Shown piece by piece: positions 18,609 through 28,727 of a DNA stretch of 64,000 nt. The number at the start of each line of letters is the position of its first letter. Positions within the stretch are counted from its first letter, which is position 1. Source of the DNA: a virus (lineage: Duplodnaviria > Caudoviricetes). The stretch is taken from positions 11,066-75,065 of IMG/VR virus record IMGVR_UViG_3300001580_000017. The stretch is one strand, 5' to 3'. The notes beneath the pieces were generated by a model. The model saw only the letters and a list, made by a program, of their open reading frames with translations. It ran no database searches and was not told the DNA's origin. A program made the position numbers and the translations under genes.

Positions 18609-20025
18609 CTGCGGTGTTCCTTACTGAATCCAACACTTTATTGACTTCTGCATCCACTACAGTATTATTTATATTTTTCATAATGTCAATGTTGTCAGTT
18701 TTTAATTCAATAAGTCTTTGTTTCAATTTTGATACACCAACCATGCTTCGTGTTCCCGTCTCAATATGATTTCTGCTTTTAATTAATCTCCATAAATAGC
18801 AAGAAACCATATCTCCACTTAATTGACCCTGAACAGCTTGCTTAATTTCTACCTGTGAAATATAAGTATCAAGATTATGTGGAACACCATAGGAATCTGC
18901 TGTATCGGAACTGCTTACCTCTACCTGTTTTCCTTTGCTCTTGATTTTATCTTCTACTGCTCTGTTACTCTGCATACTTGTGATCACTGGAATACCCATA
19001 TCAATACAAATATGTTGACGAATTTCTCTTGAAATTTCTTTAAAAGTCACATAAGTATTACTTCTGTCTCTCACTGTTATTCCACTCATCAATCCCATGT
19101 AATCAATTATCACAACATCTGGGATAAATTTTTTCTCGATGTAAAGATTTTTGAGCCACATTTTGATATGAATTACGGTTGCTTCTGAGAACTGATGAAC
19201 TTCAATTTTTCCATGTTTTTGATATTTTTTATCCCAATTATTAAAATGTTGCATAAGTTCTGCTTCATTTTTTTGCAACATATCTCTTGTGGAAATATCC
19301 AGCATATTAGCATCAATTCTTTGTAGGTATTCCGATGGTGTAATTTCAAGTGATGCAATTGCTACATTATAACCCTGCAACATTAAGTAAGAAGCGAGAT
19401 GAGCTTTTGTTAAGGTTTTTCCGTGATTTGTTGGAGCCAATAAACATGTAAGTGTTCTTGGTCTCAATCCACCAGTGAGATCATCGAAAGGTTTAAATCC
19501 TGTCATTATACAATTTTCTGCTCTGAGTTCTCTTATTCGTTTTTTTCTATCTTCCTCATCATCGAAAGACATCGAATATTCATCATCTTCTTTCAAATTG
19601 ATATTAAAACCATTTTCAATAATGCCCATGACCTTTTGAAAACTCTCGTTGCTCTTATCCTTATTCAGAACCAACATACTCTCATACCAAGCATTTTTGA
19701 AGGCATTAAATTTTGCCCACTTCTCTGTTTGTTGCATAAGAATTTTTGGAGCAACATCAACTGCAACATTTCGTATAGAATTAATGTAATCAATTAATTC
19801 TTTTTTAGAATCATCAGTCTTTTTAATGTCATTGTTTATGAGCATGGTTATAGTATCGTAGGTATAAGGAGAATCATTGTTTGAACAATGTTTCATGTAT
19901 CTGAATATTTCTTGTGGAAAATAATTCTCAAAGAAATACTCTTTCATTTTTAGAAAAACTTTTGCAGAAAATTCCGGATTAGTTACTAAGCTTATTATCA
20001 TATAATCTTCGTGTTTCAAATTCAT
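18583..20025 (-). CDS. gp41: Replicative helicase gp41 (DnaB-like)
   Basis: TGFKPFDDLTGG, APTNHGKT Walker A, SLE, IIDYMGLM, SMQSNR, SYGVPHNLD, KSR. Confidence 0.9.
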   Translation of the reverse strand: MNLKHEDYMIISLVTNPEFSAKVFLKMKEYFFENYFPQEIFRYMKHCSNNDSPYTYDTITMLINNDIKKTDDSKKELIDYINSIRNVAVDVAPKILMQQTEKWAKFNAFKNAWYESMLVLNKDKSNESFQKVMGIIENGFNINLKEDDEYSMSFDDEEDRKKRIRELRAENCIMTGFKPFDDLTGGLRPRTLTCLLAPTNHGKTLTKAHLASYLMLQGYNVAIASLEITPSEYLQRIDANMLDISTRDMLQKNEAELMQHFNNWDKKYQKHGKIEVHQFSEATVIHIKMWLKNLYIEKKFIPDVVIIDYMGLMSGITVRDRSNTYVTFKEISREIRQHICIDMGIPVITSMQSNRAVEDKIKSKGKQVEVSSSDTADSYGVPHNLDTYISQVEIKQAVQGQLSGDMVSCYLWRLIKSRNHIETGTRSMVGVSKLKQRLIELKTDNIDIMKNINNTVVDAEVNKVLDSVRNTADEKWLSEI

Positions 20026-20237
20026 TTTTTCACCTTATACGATTTATAATTGATTGCTGTCACGATTATAAGAACTATGTTCATAAACACCACCTGATTA
20101 AGTGAATAATACACCGCATAAAGTGACCACAATATACACCCCATGATTTGAGCATCGGGCGCGTGGTTATGTTTTCTGTTGTATAAGTATATTGAAATAA
20201 ATGTAACACAAACGGCAATCCATCCTATATATTCCAT
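20022..20237 (-). CDS. Small membrane protein
   Basis: Three hydrophobic segments. Confidence 0.6.
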   Translation of the reverse strand: MEYIGWIAVCVTFISIYLYNRKHNHAPDAQIMGCILWSLYAVYYSLNQVVFMNIVLIIVTAINYKSYKVKK

Positions 20238-20264
20238 ATTTCCTCTTTTTATTGTGTGATCAAG

Positions 20265-21188
20265 TTACAACATATCCGATATTTTTTCCACCACTTTAAT
20301 GAGTTCTATTGTATCTTCTGATGTTCTTTTGGTTATTTCTTGTTCTTTTAAATAATTTGAAAATTTTTCAAAGAACTTAACCATAACTTTAAAGCTTTCT
20401 TTCGTGGTTTTATTTCTTATTTTATATTCCACTGTTTCTGTTTCGTCATAATACCATTCGAGTATTTCTGTACTTTCACACAAGGATATCAGATCAAATT
20501 GCTTATCAAACAACCTATCAAGGATGAGAGCATTTCTTTCACCATATTTTTGTGCAATGAAATCACCAAAATCTTCCGCCATATAACTTTTAAATTCTGG
20601 ATTTTTTGATTTAAGTTTGCTTGGTGGAGAAATTTCTTCCTCTTCCTCTTCATATATAGGTTCTTCTTCCTCTGGTTGATCTCCATAATCATAATCGTCT
20701 TCCGTCATCATACCGTATGTTTCTTCAAGCTTGGGAGAATTTGCTTTTCTGTTGGGGTTCTTTTCAAGTATTTTATCAAACCCATCTTCTAATGCATCAG
20801 TGTAGCAATCCAAATCATCATCCGTCAATTCATATTCTTTTAATTTTTCGTTGGATGAATTAGTATTTGCTGGTATATTTTCTGTTAATTGTTGAATATC
20901 AGATGATGTAGCATATCCAGTATCGTTTAAGCTCGACATATAATCATCAGTCAACGATTTTATTTTTTGCGCTTCATCTGTTGATATTTCCTGTTTTGCT
21001 GGTTGTTGAACTATTTGCTGCCGTTTTTCTTCATTCATTTTTGGTATAACCGGTTCTTTTTGCGGTTGAACTGCTGGTACAACTTTTTGGCTTAAAACCT
21101 CTGTCACCCCAAGATACATATTCATATCATCATCGGTGAGCGCATATTCTTTTAACCCCTGCTCTTGTGGCAAATTATTATTTTCCAT
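20265..21188 (-). CDS. Acidic hypothetical protein
   Basis: Internal repeat LKEY(A/E)LTDDD; E/D-rich. Confidence 0.6.
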   Translation of the reverse strand: MENNNLPQEQGLKEYALTDDDMNMYLGVTEVLSQKVVPAVQPQKEPVIPKMNEEKRQQIVQQPAKQEISTDEAQKIKSLTDDYMSSLNDTGYATSSDIQQLTENIPANTNSSNEKLKEYELTDDDLDCYTDALEDGFDKILEKNPNRKANSPKLEETYGMMTEDDYDYGDQPEEEEPIYEEEEEEISPPSKLKSKNPEFKSYMAEDFGDFIAQKYGERNALILDRLFDKQFDLISLCESTEILEWYYDETETVEYKIRNKTTKESFKVMVKFFEKFSNYLKEQEITKRTSEDTIELIKVVEKISDML

Positions 21189-22365
21189 CGGTATCCTCTG
21201 TTAAAATTTCACTATCAAGTTCAGCTTCAATATCAGCATTCGTATCATTCTCATTCTTGTAACTGAATTTATCTGAAAGAAGCTCGTTTATTTTGTGTTT
21301 TTTTATTACTTCATCATAAAATTCGGGATTAGATAATAAATCTTTGAGAGCATATTTTTCTCCATCAATTTCAAATCCATTTCCTGTTCCGATTTTAATT
21401 TTTTTGGCGATGTTGTATTCAAACAAAAGCTCGTCAATTCCCCAGTGTCTTGAAATACCGCTTTTGTGGAATATTGCAAATGTTACTACTTTACCTTCAA
21501 TAGCAAGTCTGTTCTTGGGGGTTTTTGCTCTGATTTTAATTCCTACAACAGTTTCACCGATCTTCAACTGAGACTTAGAAAATTCCACGATTGTTGTAGA
21601 AGCTAATCTGCTTCCTTTACCACCGGAAACTATTTTCTGTGGAATAAATCCCTGTGATTCATATTCGTGGTTAATCAATATAAGAGGTATTCTTTTGTCA
21701 AATGCTCTCGGAAGAATTATCCTGAACATACTCTTTAAATCTCTTTCTCTTGATCTATCCTGTGTGTCCTTTCCATCTACAGCATTATTGACTTCTTGAG
21801 TTGATGATAGGTTTCCAATACTATCAATGTTAATTAACCATTTTGGTTCTGGATTTGCTTCTGTGACTATTGCTGTCAACTTGTGAATAACTTTCTTTGT
21901 GGTATCAACATCTTCGACCATGAGAATCCTTGAAATATCCATATTGGCTCTTTCATAATCTCCGATATCAGCATCACCCTCAGTTATGAAATTGAATATT
22001 TTCCAACCGGTTTTCATGGCACTGTTCATAATTTTTCTTGTGATATATGTTTTTGCTGAAGATTGATCTCCAACAAATTGTGTTATCCTGTTATCTGGAA
22101 CACCTCTATACATATCGCCGGAAATTAGTAGATTAAGAACCATACTTCCCGTGTCAAACCATTCTTTGACTACATACTTATCTTTGTTGTCCGCCAGCAT
22201 TTTACTACCCTTTAAAACACCTTTTAAGAGGGCATCTAATTTTTCATCTTTGGTTTGAACGGCGGTTTCTGCGCTGGTGATTTTTTTGGTAGGTTTTGTA
22301 ACAATCTCATCACTGTTATTGTTTTCTACCACATTTTCCTTTTTTGGTGGTCTTCCTCTTCCCAT
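21178..22365 (-). CDS. uvsX: RecA-like recombinase UvsX
   Basis: DTGSMVLNLLISG...GVPDNRITQFVGDQSSAKT, IDSIGNL, INHEY, SGGKG, KNR. Confidence 0.92.
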   Translation of the reverse strand: MGRGRPPKKENVVENNNSDEIVTKPTKKITSAETAVQTKDEKLDALLKGVLKGSKMLADNKDKYVVKEWFDTGSMVLNLLISGDMYRGVPDNRITQFVGDQSSAKTYITRKIMNSAMKTGWKIFNFITEGDADIGDYERANMDISRILMVEDVDTTKKVIHKLTAIVTEANPEPKWLINIDSIGNLSSTQEVNNAVDGKDTQDRSRERDLKSMFRIILPRAFDKRIPLILINHEYESQGFIPQKIVSGGKGSRLASTTIVEFSKSQLKIGETVVGIKIRAKTPKNRLAIEGKVVTFAIFHKSGISRHWGIDELLFEYNIAKKIKIGTGNGFEIDGEKYALKDLLSNPEFYDEVIKKHKINELLSDKFSYKNENDTNADIEAELDSEILTEDTDGK

Positions 22366-22383
22366 ATTTTCCTCTTTTTTGTT

Positions 22384-22857
22384 TTATTTATTTTTATTTA
22401 ACATCTGAGAATCTGAGCTATTTTCATCCTTTATTTTTAATTTATAGAATAATGGCATTCCTGTATTATCTTTTTGTGTTAAGCTCATAAAGTATTCTTC
22501 ATCATTCACATTAGATGTTTCCATAACCCATCCACCAGAGAAATTTATAGCTTTGTTACGCATAAACAGCAAAGAGAAGGCATAACCAACAGATTTATAG
22601 TCACTCGGTTGTTTTTCTTCATCCTTTGCGTGAATAGCCACTTGTTTGAATATGGTTTTAATATCTTCTGATTGTTCAGAAACATTTATCAATTCACCAT
22701 TCGGAACAAATTCTTTTGGTTCATCTTTTTTATCTTCCTGAGTTGATAAAGGTTCATCTCCATTTATATTGGATAGAACATCAGCATTTACATGGTTTTC
22801 CATATTTTCTTTGATCTTTTTATTTTTGGCTTTGAATAAACTTGTTAGGGTCGGCAT
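22384..22857 (-). CDS. Hypothetical late protein
   Basis: TATAAATA at 22877-22884. Confidence 0.55.
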   Translation of the reverse strand: MPTLTSLFKAKNKKIKENMENHVNADVLSNINGDEPLSTQEDKKDEPKEFVPNGELINVSEQSEDIKTIFKQVAIHAKDEEKQPSDYKSVGYAFSLLFMRNKAINFSGGWVMETSNVNDEEYFMSLTQKDNTGMPLFYKLKIKDENSSDSQMLNKNK

Positions 22858-22907
22858 ACGGTCTCCGTTTTACTTTTATTTATAAAATTTTAATGGAAAG
22901 GAGAAAA

Positions 22908-23375
22908 TTATTTCTTCACACCTCGCACTATATAACCATACTGTATATAATTTTTTCCTGTTTCATCTGGTTCTGGGCTTAATGCGTAGTATTCTTGTAA
23001 GTAGTAAATGAATTTATATCTTTTCTTTTTTATTTCTTTTACGAGTTTGTTCATTATTTTTTTCTGTTCAGTTTTATTGATCTCAAAAATTGATGAACAA
23101 CTTCTTTCTTTAGCTTCGAGCAAATTACAATAATGAATTAATGCCCCCTTCATATCATTGGTTTTTTCTGATGGTTCAGGAACATCAATATAAACTTTTC
23201 GATGGCAGGATGATAATTTTTCGTTTAAACAATAACAAAAAACACCGCAAACTTCAAAGTTGGGTTTATCCACAAAAATAAAATCTTCTCCGCTATAACC
23301 CATTTCTTGTAGTGAAAAACGATTATCTTTTCTTTTTTTGTATGCATCATTTATTGCTGCTATTGTGTTTAGCAT
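22908..23375 (-). CDS. Hypothetical protein
   Basis: SD GGAG. Confidence 0.55.
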   Translation of the reverse strand: MLNTIAAINDAYKKRKDNRFSLQEMGYSGEDFIFVDKPNFEVCGVFCYCLNEKLSSCHRKVYIDVPEPSEKTNDMKGALIHYCNLLEAKERSCSSIFEINKTEQKKIMNKLVKEIKKKRYKFIYYLQEYYALSPEPDETGKNYIQYGYIVRGVKK

Positions 23376-23518
23376 TTATTCTCCTTTTTAATCATTAAAT
23401 TCCTCTGGTGGAGTGTGATAAAAACACCATCCTTCAAAAGCTGGAGGATATATAACCATTAAAACAAAAGCAATAAAATAATGCCATTTCCACCAAATAA
23501 ATTTACGAATATTTTTCA

Positions 23519-23926
23519 TTATTTATCCCACACCATTGTTCTCATATATTTTTCAAAATAAAATTCAACAGTATCACATTGATTGAAATTTATCAAACCA
23601 TATTGTTCAAGCAGTTTGATATTGCTACTTTTTATTCGTTCAACTTTCTTCTGAATTTCGTTTATAAATTCTTCTAAACTGAAGGTGTGCTTATGATAGT
23701 TACATAATCGGCAAGAGGGCATTTTGTTTTCAAGTGTATCATGTTCAGGAAAATAACAGCCATCAGCTTTAACAGATTTTCCGTTTTGATATATTGATTT
23801 TCTCATAATAGGTTTAAGGTGATCAACTTGCATAGTTTTTAATACAAGTTCGCGACCACAATAAGCACACCGTTGTCCGTATTTGTTTAATATTAATTCT
23901 CGTTCAGCTTTTGATGCTTTGGGCAT
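23519..23926 (-). CDS. HNH endonuclease
   Basis: CAYCG, QVDHLKP, NKMPSCRLCNYHK; own early promoter at 23954-23982. Confidence 0.88.
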   Translation of the reverse strand: MPKASKAERELILNKYGQRCAYCGRELVLKTMQVDHLKPIMRKSIYQNGKSVKADGCYFPEHDTLENKMPSCRLCNYHKHTFSLEEFINEIQKKVERIKSSNIKLLEQYGLINFNQCDTVEFYFEKYMRTMVWDK

Positions 23927-23953
23927 CTACTCTTTTCCTCGTCAGTTAATGCA

Positions 23954-23982
23954 AAGATAAAGATAAAAAATTATTTTGTCAA
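23954..23982 (-). promoter_or_regulatory. Sigma70-type early promoter
   Basis: TTGACA-N17-TATCTT. Confidence 0.7.
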
Positions 23983-23985
23983 CAA

Positions 23986-24264
23986 TTATTTCAGCTTTAT
24001 TCCATCAAATTCAATTAAATTATCTTTTATGAAAGTTCTCCATTCTCCGATATCCAAATCAAAGTAGGACACAACGCTCTCATTTACTTTTCTCGGTTTG
24101 TAATCTGGATCAGCTTCATTCTGAATTTTCGGATATTTTTCTGAAGGAACATAAGTTAAATTCGTGGTTCCTCTCACCATTCTTTCACTTCCATCTTTTT
24201 TGAGGAATGTAAACTTGACTTCTCTTTCGTTTAAAATTTCTTTATAGTTCATTACTATCTCCAA
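23986..24264 (-). CDS. WYL_2/SH3-like small protein
   Basis: FTFLKKDGSERMVRGT...YFDLDIGEWRTF. Confidence 0.75.
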   Translation of the reverse strand: MEIVMNYKEILNEREVKFTFLKKDGSERMVRGTTNLTYVPSEKYPKIQNEADPDYKPRKVNESVVSYFDLDIGEWRTFIKDNLIEFDGIKLK

Positions 24265-24436
24265 CGGTTTTATTTAATTCTTCATTATCAATTTCTATTA
24301 CATCTATGCTGTTGCAGAATGGGCACAAATATTCTTGTGCGAGTGGATCATAAATTAATTCCAAGAAATCAACCATCTGTGCTCCGCAATGCTGGCATAT
24401 GAACATGTTCATCGCAAATCCTCCGTTAATTTCCAT
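24242..24436 (-). CDS. Zinc-ribbon protein
   Basis: CQHC...CPFC. Confidence 0.5.
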   Translation of the reverse strand: MEINGGFAMNMFICQHCGAQMVDFLELIYDPLAQEYLCPFCNSIDVIEIDNEELNKTVGDSNEL

Positions 24437-24714
24437 GTATTACATTTTTTACCGTAGTCACCCTTCACCTGATTATTTGTTTTTTTCAACATTCCACATT
24501 TTGTGAGATTCGTTATTCCTCTGCGAATGCTTGTTAGTGGTGCAGTTCTGAGTTCATCAATGTTTTCGTGAACTTGAAAGGGGCTGAGTTCTCTGTTCGG
24601 ATATTTTAGGAATAATGCGAGAATTAAATTCTCCTGAGCATTTGCTTTTCTGATTGATCTTTGTAATTCTTCTCCGTGTTCCTGATTTGTGTTATGATAC
24701 ATTTTAGCCTCCAA
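24409..24714 (-). CDS. Winged-HTH-like protein
   Basis: ELSPFQVH...TSIRRGITNLTKCGML pattern. Confidence 0.55.
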   Translation of the reverse strand: MEAKMYHNTNQEHGEELQRSIRKANAQENLILALFLKYPNRELSPFQVHENIDELRTAPLTSIRRGITNLTKCGMLKKTNNQVKGDYGKKCNTWKLTEDLR

Positions 24715-24723
24715 TTATTTACT

Positions 24724-25101
24724 TTAGTTTTCGTACTTTTGAAGTTGTTCAAGTTGTTCTTGTGTAATTCTGTTTCCCGTTATGATGATATTATCAATCC
24801 TATTGTTTTTGGGGTTTCCATCAACATAACCAAACCTTATATATTTGGTATCTTTACATAAACCAAATGTTTTGGCCACAATGTGGGTTATACCACAATA
24901 CTTATACTTTCCTGTGACTTCATTCATAATTAACACATATTGTGTATTACTTCTGCCATTCTGCTTTTGTGTTAGAGTTCTGCCATTTTTTTTGTTTATG
25001 ACTTCCCCATAAGTTGATACTTGATAATCTGGATTTATTTCCAAATCTCGCCATACCCTTGTTGTTTCTGCTACTATATTTTCTTTTTTGTCTCCAAACA
25101 T
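24724..25101 (-). CDS. NUMOD4 domain plus degenerate HNH
   Basis: WRDLEINPDYQVSTYGEV (NUMOD4); YVDGNPKNNRIDNI (HNH-like, catalytic His replaced by Tyr). Confidence 0.7.
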   Translation of the reverse strand: MFGDKKENIVAETTRVWRDLEINPDYQVSTYGEVINKKNGRTLTQKQNGRSNTQYVLIMNEVTGKYKYCGITHIVAKTFGLCKDTKYIRFGYVDGNPKNNRIDNIIITGNRITQEQLEQLQKYEN

Positions 25102-25102
25102 T

Positions 25103-27085
25103 TTATCCTCCTATTATTTTTTTTAATTCTTCTTCTGTTATCATTTTCACATTATTCATTTTTGCCTTCGTTGTTTTATCTTCTCCGGGGCTTGATCCGA
25201 CCAATAAGTAATCAGTCTTTTTGCTCACACCAGAAGCAGGTATTCCTCCATGTTGTTTTATTATGTTTTCATAAGATTTTCTGTCTTTGGTTAATGTTCC
25301 GGTAATACAGATTTTTTTATCTTTAAGTTTGTCTGATAAAAATTCCTGTTTCTTTGGTTCAGTTATTCTTATCACATCGTTCATCTCGTTGTAAAAATTT
25401 CTGATATTGTTTTTATTTTGAAGAACAATCATCGCCGTTTCTTCTCCGATTCCATCTATCTGCTCCAAGTTATCATATGTAGCAAAAGTCAATAAAGATG
25501 GAATGTTTCCAAATTTGTTTAACAGAATTTCAACCGTTTTTTCTCCGATATCCTCTATATTACATCCCATCAAAATATGCCAATGATTTAGATCAACAGA
25601 ATTTTTCATTATCGCTGTTATAATATCATTCGCAGATTTTACCCCATAACCGTCAAGAGCGGAAATATCATAATCATTCAATGTATAAAAATCTTTCGGA
25701 TGTTTTATGAGTTTGTTGTTATACAGGTCTAATACCGTTTTATCCGATATTCCTTTAGCATTGATGACCTTTATCCACTTATTCAACTTGCCGAGTTCTC
25801 TTGAGCTACAATCATTGTTTGGACACCTTAGAAATGATCCCTCAACTTTTCCATCAGGAGAATTTATTAGATTTTTAATTAATTCTGATCCACACAATGG
25901 GCAATTTTTTGGTGGTGTATATTCGCCATTCTGAACAATAGTGACTTCGTGTTTCGGAATAACATCTCCTGATCTCGTAATTCCTATGATAGCACCAACA
26001 TTAACATGATGTTCTTTTATGTACTCAATATTATGAAGTGTTACTCTACTAATTGTTGCTCCATCTACCTCAACCGGTTCAATCAAAGCTACAAAAGACA
26101 TTCTGCCGTTTCCTGATATTTCCGTTACTATATCTATTACTGGTGTAGCAACAATATCTCCTTTTATTTTAAATGCAACTTTGTGTTCCGGATCGCTATC
26201 GGTATATTGATGAGTCGATGTATCATCCAAACAAAAAACAAGTCCATCACATTTTATATCAAATGAATCTTTTTTTGATTTAAAATATTCTATGGCTTCA
26301 ATTATATGTTCATCTGTTATACAATATTCGACGGCGGGAACATCAAAATTCATATTTTCGAGTAGGCAGAATTTATCAATTTCTTTTATGAGTGTGTGAT
26401 TCAAAATATCATAAGCAATGAATTGTGTATAAGCAATTAAATCATGATCAGCTTTTCTTTGTGGATTTATGAGACCGGGAATTATATTTCTTTCTGACTT
26501 TGGAATTTTTAAATTTCTTTTTTTCATTTCCTCTTTAAGTAATTCAAAATTTTTTGAACTTATAACAATTTCTCCTCTGATCTCTGTTCTTTGATTTGGA
26601 AAATTTGCTCTTATTGAACGAGGAAGGTATTGAATATATTCGGTGGCATGAATTATATTTTTTCCTTTGAAACCGTCTCCTCTTGTGGAAGCTTCTATTA
26701 ATTCTCCATTCACATATATAAGAGAGCAGGAACAACCATCAAGTTTATTGGAAGCAACAACGGCTTTATTTGCGGTGTAATGAGTTTTGCTTGTTCTCCA
26801 TTCCAGTAATTCGTTTATATTATCTTTTCCATTTTTTTTGTCTTTTATTTTATGCAGACTCATCATCGGTGTAGAGTGATTTATTTCCAAATCTTTTTCC
26901 AAACCAACAATTGAAAATACTTTGCTGTGAGGAAATAAATGTTTTCCGAGTTCTTCAAAAGCATCAAATTCTTCATCAGTTATTAATGGTTCTTCGTTAT
27001 CGTATGCTTCTTTGTATTCAATATACTTTTTTTCAAATTCTTCTAAACTTAGTGAATACTGATTCTGAATTGCTGTTGTTATCAT
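25103..27085 (-). CDS. ligA: NAD-dependent DNA ligase
   Basis: HSTPMMSL, KLDG, EIRGE, DGLV, AFK, RSGDVIP, C4 zinc finger, HhH, BRCT (ITGTL...VSKKTDYLLVG). Confidence 0.95.
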   Translation of the reverse strand: MITTAIQNQYSLSLEEFEKKYIEYKEAYDNEEPLITDEEFDAFEELGKHLFPHSKVFSIVGLEKDLEINHSTPMMSLHKIKDKKNGKDNINELLEWRTSKTHYTANKAVVASNKLDGCSCSLIYVNGELIEASTRGDGFKGKNIIHATEYIQYLPRSIRANFPNQRTEIRGEIVISSKNFELLKEEMKKRNLKIPKSERNIIPGLINPQRKADHDLIAYTQFIAYDILNHTLIKEIDKFCLLENMNFDVPAVEYCITDEHIIEAIEYFKSKKDSFDIKCDGLVFCLDDTSTHQYTDSDPEHKVAFKIKGDIVATPVIDIVTEISGNGRMSFVALIEPVEVDGATISRVTLHNIEYIKEHHVNVGAIIGITRSGDVIPKHEVTIVQNGEYTPPKNCPLCGSELIKNLINSPDGKVEGSFLRCPNNDCSSRELGKLNKWIKVINAKGISDKTVLDLYNNKLIKHPKDFYTLNDYDISALDGYGVKSANDIITAIMKNSVDLNHWHILMGCNIEDIGEKTVEILLNKFGNIPSLLTFATYDNLEQIDGIGEETAMIVLQNKNNIRNFYNEMNDVIRITEPKKQEFLSDKLKDKKICITGTLTKDRKSYENIIKQHGGIPASGVSKKTDYLLVGSSPGEDKTTKAKMNNVKMITEEELKKIIGG

Positions 27086-27110
27086 TTATCTTTCTCCCTT
27101 ATTTGTAAGT

Positions 27111-27278
27111 TTATTTCTTTGATTGTTCGTATATATTTAAAACTGCAAATGGTGTGTATATTATCCAAAAAATCATATCCATAGCATTATATCCAGTTAG
27201 ATATGTTATCGCCAGCGTAACTGCAATTAAATATATTAAACCATACAACATTGTTATTATTCCTTCAACATGTTTCAT
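27111..27278 (-). CDS. 55-aa membrane protein (not in the ORF track)
   Basis: Manual translation MKHVEGIITMLYGLIYLIAVTLAITYLTG...; SD GAGGGG; early promoter upstream. Confidence 0.6.
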   Translation of the reverse strand: MKHVEGIITMLYGLIYLIAVTLAITYLTGYNAMDMIFWIIYTPFAVLNIYEQSKK

Positions 27279-27356
27279 TTTTATCTTTCCCCTCTTAATT
27301 GTAATTTAAATTTTTCGTTGTATTTTCCGCCACTACAATTTCCCAGAACAGAAGGA

Positions 27357-27385
27357 AATATACATAATTTTTATTCAAATGTCAA
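27357..27385 (-). promoter_or_regulatory. Sigma70-type early promoter
   Basis: TTGACA-N17-TATATT. Confidence 0.85.
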
Positions 27386-27403
27386 GTAAAAAGATTAAAA
27401 TTT

Positions 27404-27411
27404 TATAAATA
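27404..27411 (+). promoter_or_regulatory. Late promoter 5 nt upstream of tnpB
   Basis: Exact TATAAATA; no SD. Confidence 0.7.
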
Positions 27412-27416
27412 AAGAT

Positions 27417-28637
27417 ATGATAAGAACAAGCAAGCATATATTAAAATTCGCTAACAAAAATAAATTAGATATGCTTGAACAAATTTATTCTGATTGCAAG
27501 AAACAAATTGAAGTTTATATTGATCAAATTGTATCCGATAAACTTGAATTAAAAAAGATGATGAGTAGTAAGTTATTATCAAATGAATATATCGAGCAAT
27601 CTAAATGGAAACAAATGTGTTATGAACAAACATCAGAAATAATAAGAAGTCAGTATAAAAAAGCATCAAATAAAAGATTTAATGTTTACAAAAAGATTTA
27701 TGCTAAATTAAAAGAACAAAATAGATATAATAAATTTATATCAAAGAAATTCTCCGAGTTAAATTTAAAACCAATTCAAACCACGAAATACTTAACTAAA
27801 CCGAAATTAAATAATATCAGTATTATTATTCATCCGGAATTACTAAATTTTACATCTGACTCCAACAACTTTGATTCTTTTGTGAGATTAACTGCACCAT
27901 ATAAAAAGAAAACAAATAAAATAAGAAATCACTATCAAACCATCAATCTTCCAATCAAGTATCATTCTCAATCAAATAAATTTAGAACTTCTGGTTGGAA
28001 GTTAAAGAACTCTATTTCTTTGATCAAAGTCAATAATAATTTCTATTTTGATCTATTTTGGGAGAAGGAAGAAGTTGTGAAGAAAGTAAAAGGAAAGCAA
28101 ATAGGATTAGATTGCGGTTACAAAAAATTACTCATTTCATCGGATAATAAAATTTATGATTTGGGTTTAGAAAAAATCTATGAGAAGTTATCAAGAAAGA
28201 AACAAGGATCAAAGAATTTTAAACAAGCTTTAACCGAAAGAGATAATCTAATAAATCAAAGTATAAACAAACTCGAAACAGAAGAAATAAAAATAATTGT
28301 AGTTGAAGATTTAAAGAATGTAAAGGCAGGAAGTAAGTTTAGTAAAAAATTTAACAATAAGCTACAGAGATGGAGTTATCCAAAGGTTTTGAATAAACTA
28401 TCTATGATTTGTGAGGAACAAGGTATTAATTTAGTTAGAGTTGATCCTGCTTATACAAGTCAAACATGTAGTGGGTGTGGATTTAAAGATAAAGACAATC
28501 GTAAAGCCGAGAAGTTTTTATGTTTGGGTTGTGGATATGAAACTGATAGTGATTATAATGCTTCAGTGAATATTCTACATAGAGGCATATATAGTTCCTC
28601 TACCGAGAATAATAAAGCTAATTTAAAGGTTAGCTGA
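27417..28637 (+). CDS. tnpB: TnpB RNA-guided endonuclease (IS607-type), no transposase
   Basis: GLDCGY, VVEDL, PAYTSQTCSGC, CLGC, DSDYNAS; D-E-D triad intact. Confidence 0.92.
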   Translation: MIRTSKHILKFANKNKLDMLEQIYSDCKKQIEVYIDQIVSDKLELKKMMSSKLLSNEYIEQSKWKQMCYEQTSEIIRSQYKKASNKRFNVYKKIYAKLKEQNRYNKFISKKFSELNLKPIQTTKYLTKPKLNNISIIIHPELLNFTSDSNNFDSFVRLTAPYKKKTNKIRNHYQTINLPIKYHSQSNKFRTSGWKLKNSISLIKVNNNFYFDLFWEKEEVVKKVKGKQIGLDCGYKKLLISSDNKIYDLGLEKIYEKLSRKKQGSKNFKQALTERDNLINQSINKLETEEIKIIVVEDLKNVKAGSKFSKKFNNKLQRWSYPKVLNKLSMICEEQGINLVRVDPAYTSQTCSGCGFKDKDNRKAEKFLCLGCGYETDSDYNASVNILHRGIYSSSTENNKANLKVS

Positions 28638-28641
28638 CTGT
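28579..28641 (+). ncRNA. 3' part of omegaRNA scaffold / element right end
   Basis: Near-identical to 44131-44187; hairpins TAGAGG/CCTCTA and AGCTAA/TTAGCT; identity stops after CTGACTGT. Confidence 0.7.
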
Positions 28642-28727
28642 GAATCAAAATCGAATTTATAATTTTCAGATGATAAATACTGCTCGATGAGTGCTGTTGC
28701 TAAATTTCTTGCATCAATTAGATTCAT
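28623..28727 (-). pseudogene. Truncated SprT-like gene N-terminus interrupted by the tnpB element
   Basis: Manual translation MNLIDARNLATALIEQYLSSENYKFDFD then element-derived SQSANL*; SD GAGG; resembles the N-terminus of phage SprT-like peptidases. Confidence 0.5.

Noticed and set aside
23390-23520. Possible tiny ORF between the HNH gene and 23375
   Set aside because: Two competing short frames, neither with clear support
27417-28637. Cas12f/Cas14 type V effector
   Set aside because: No CRISPR array or cas1/2/4 nearby; the paralogue sits in an IS607 remnant and both have omegaRNA-type ends
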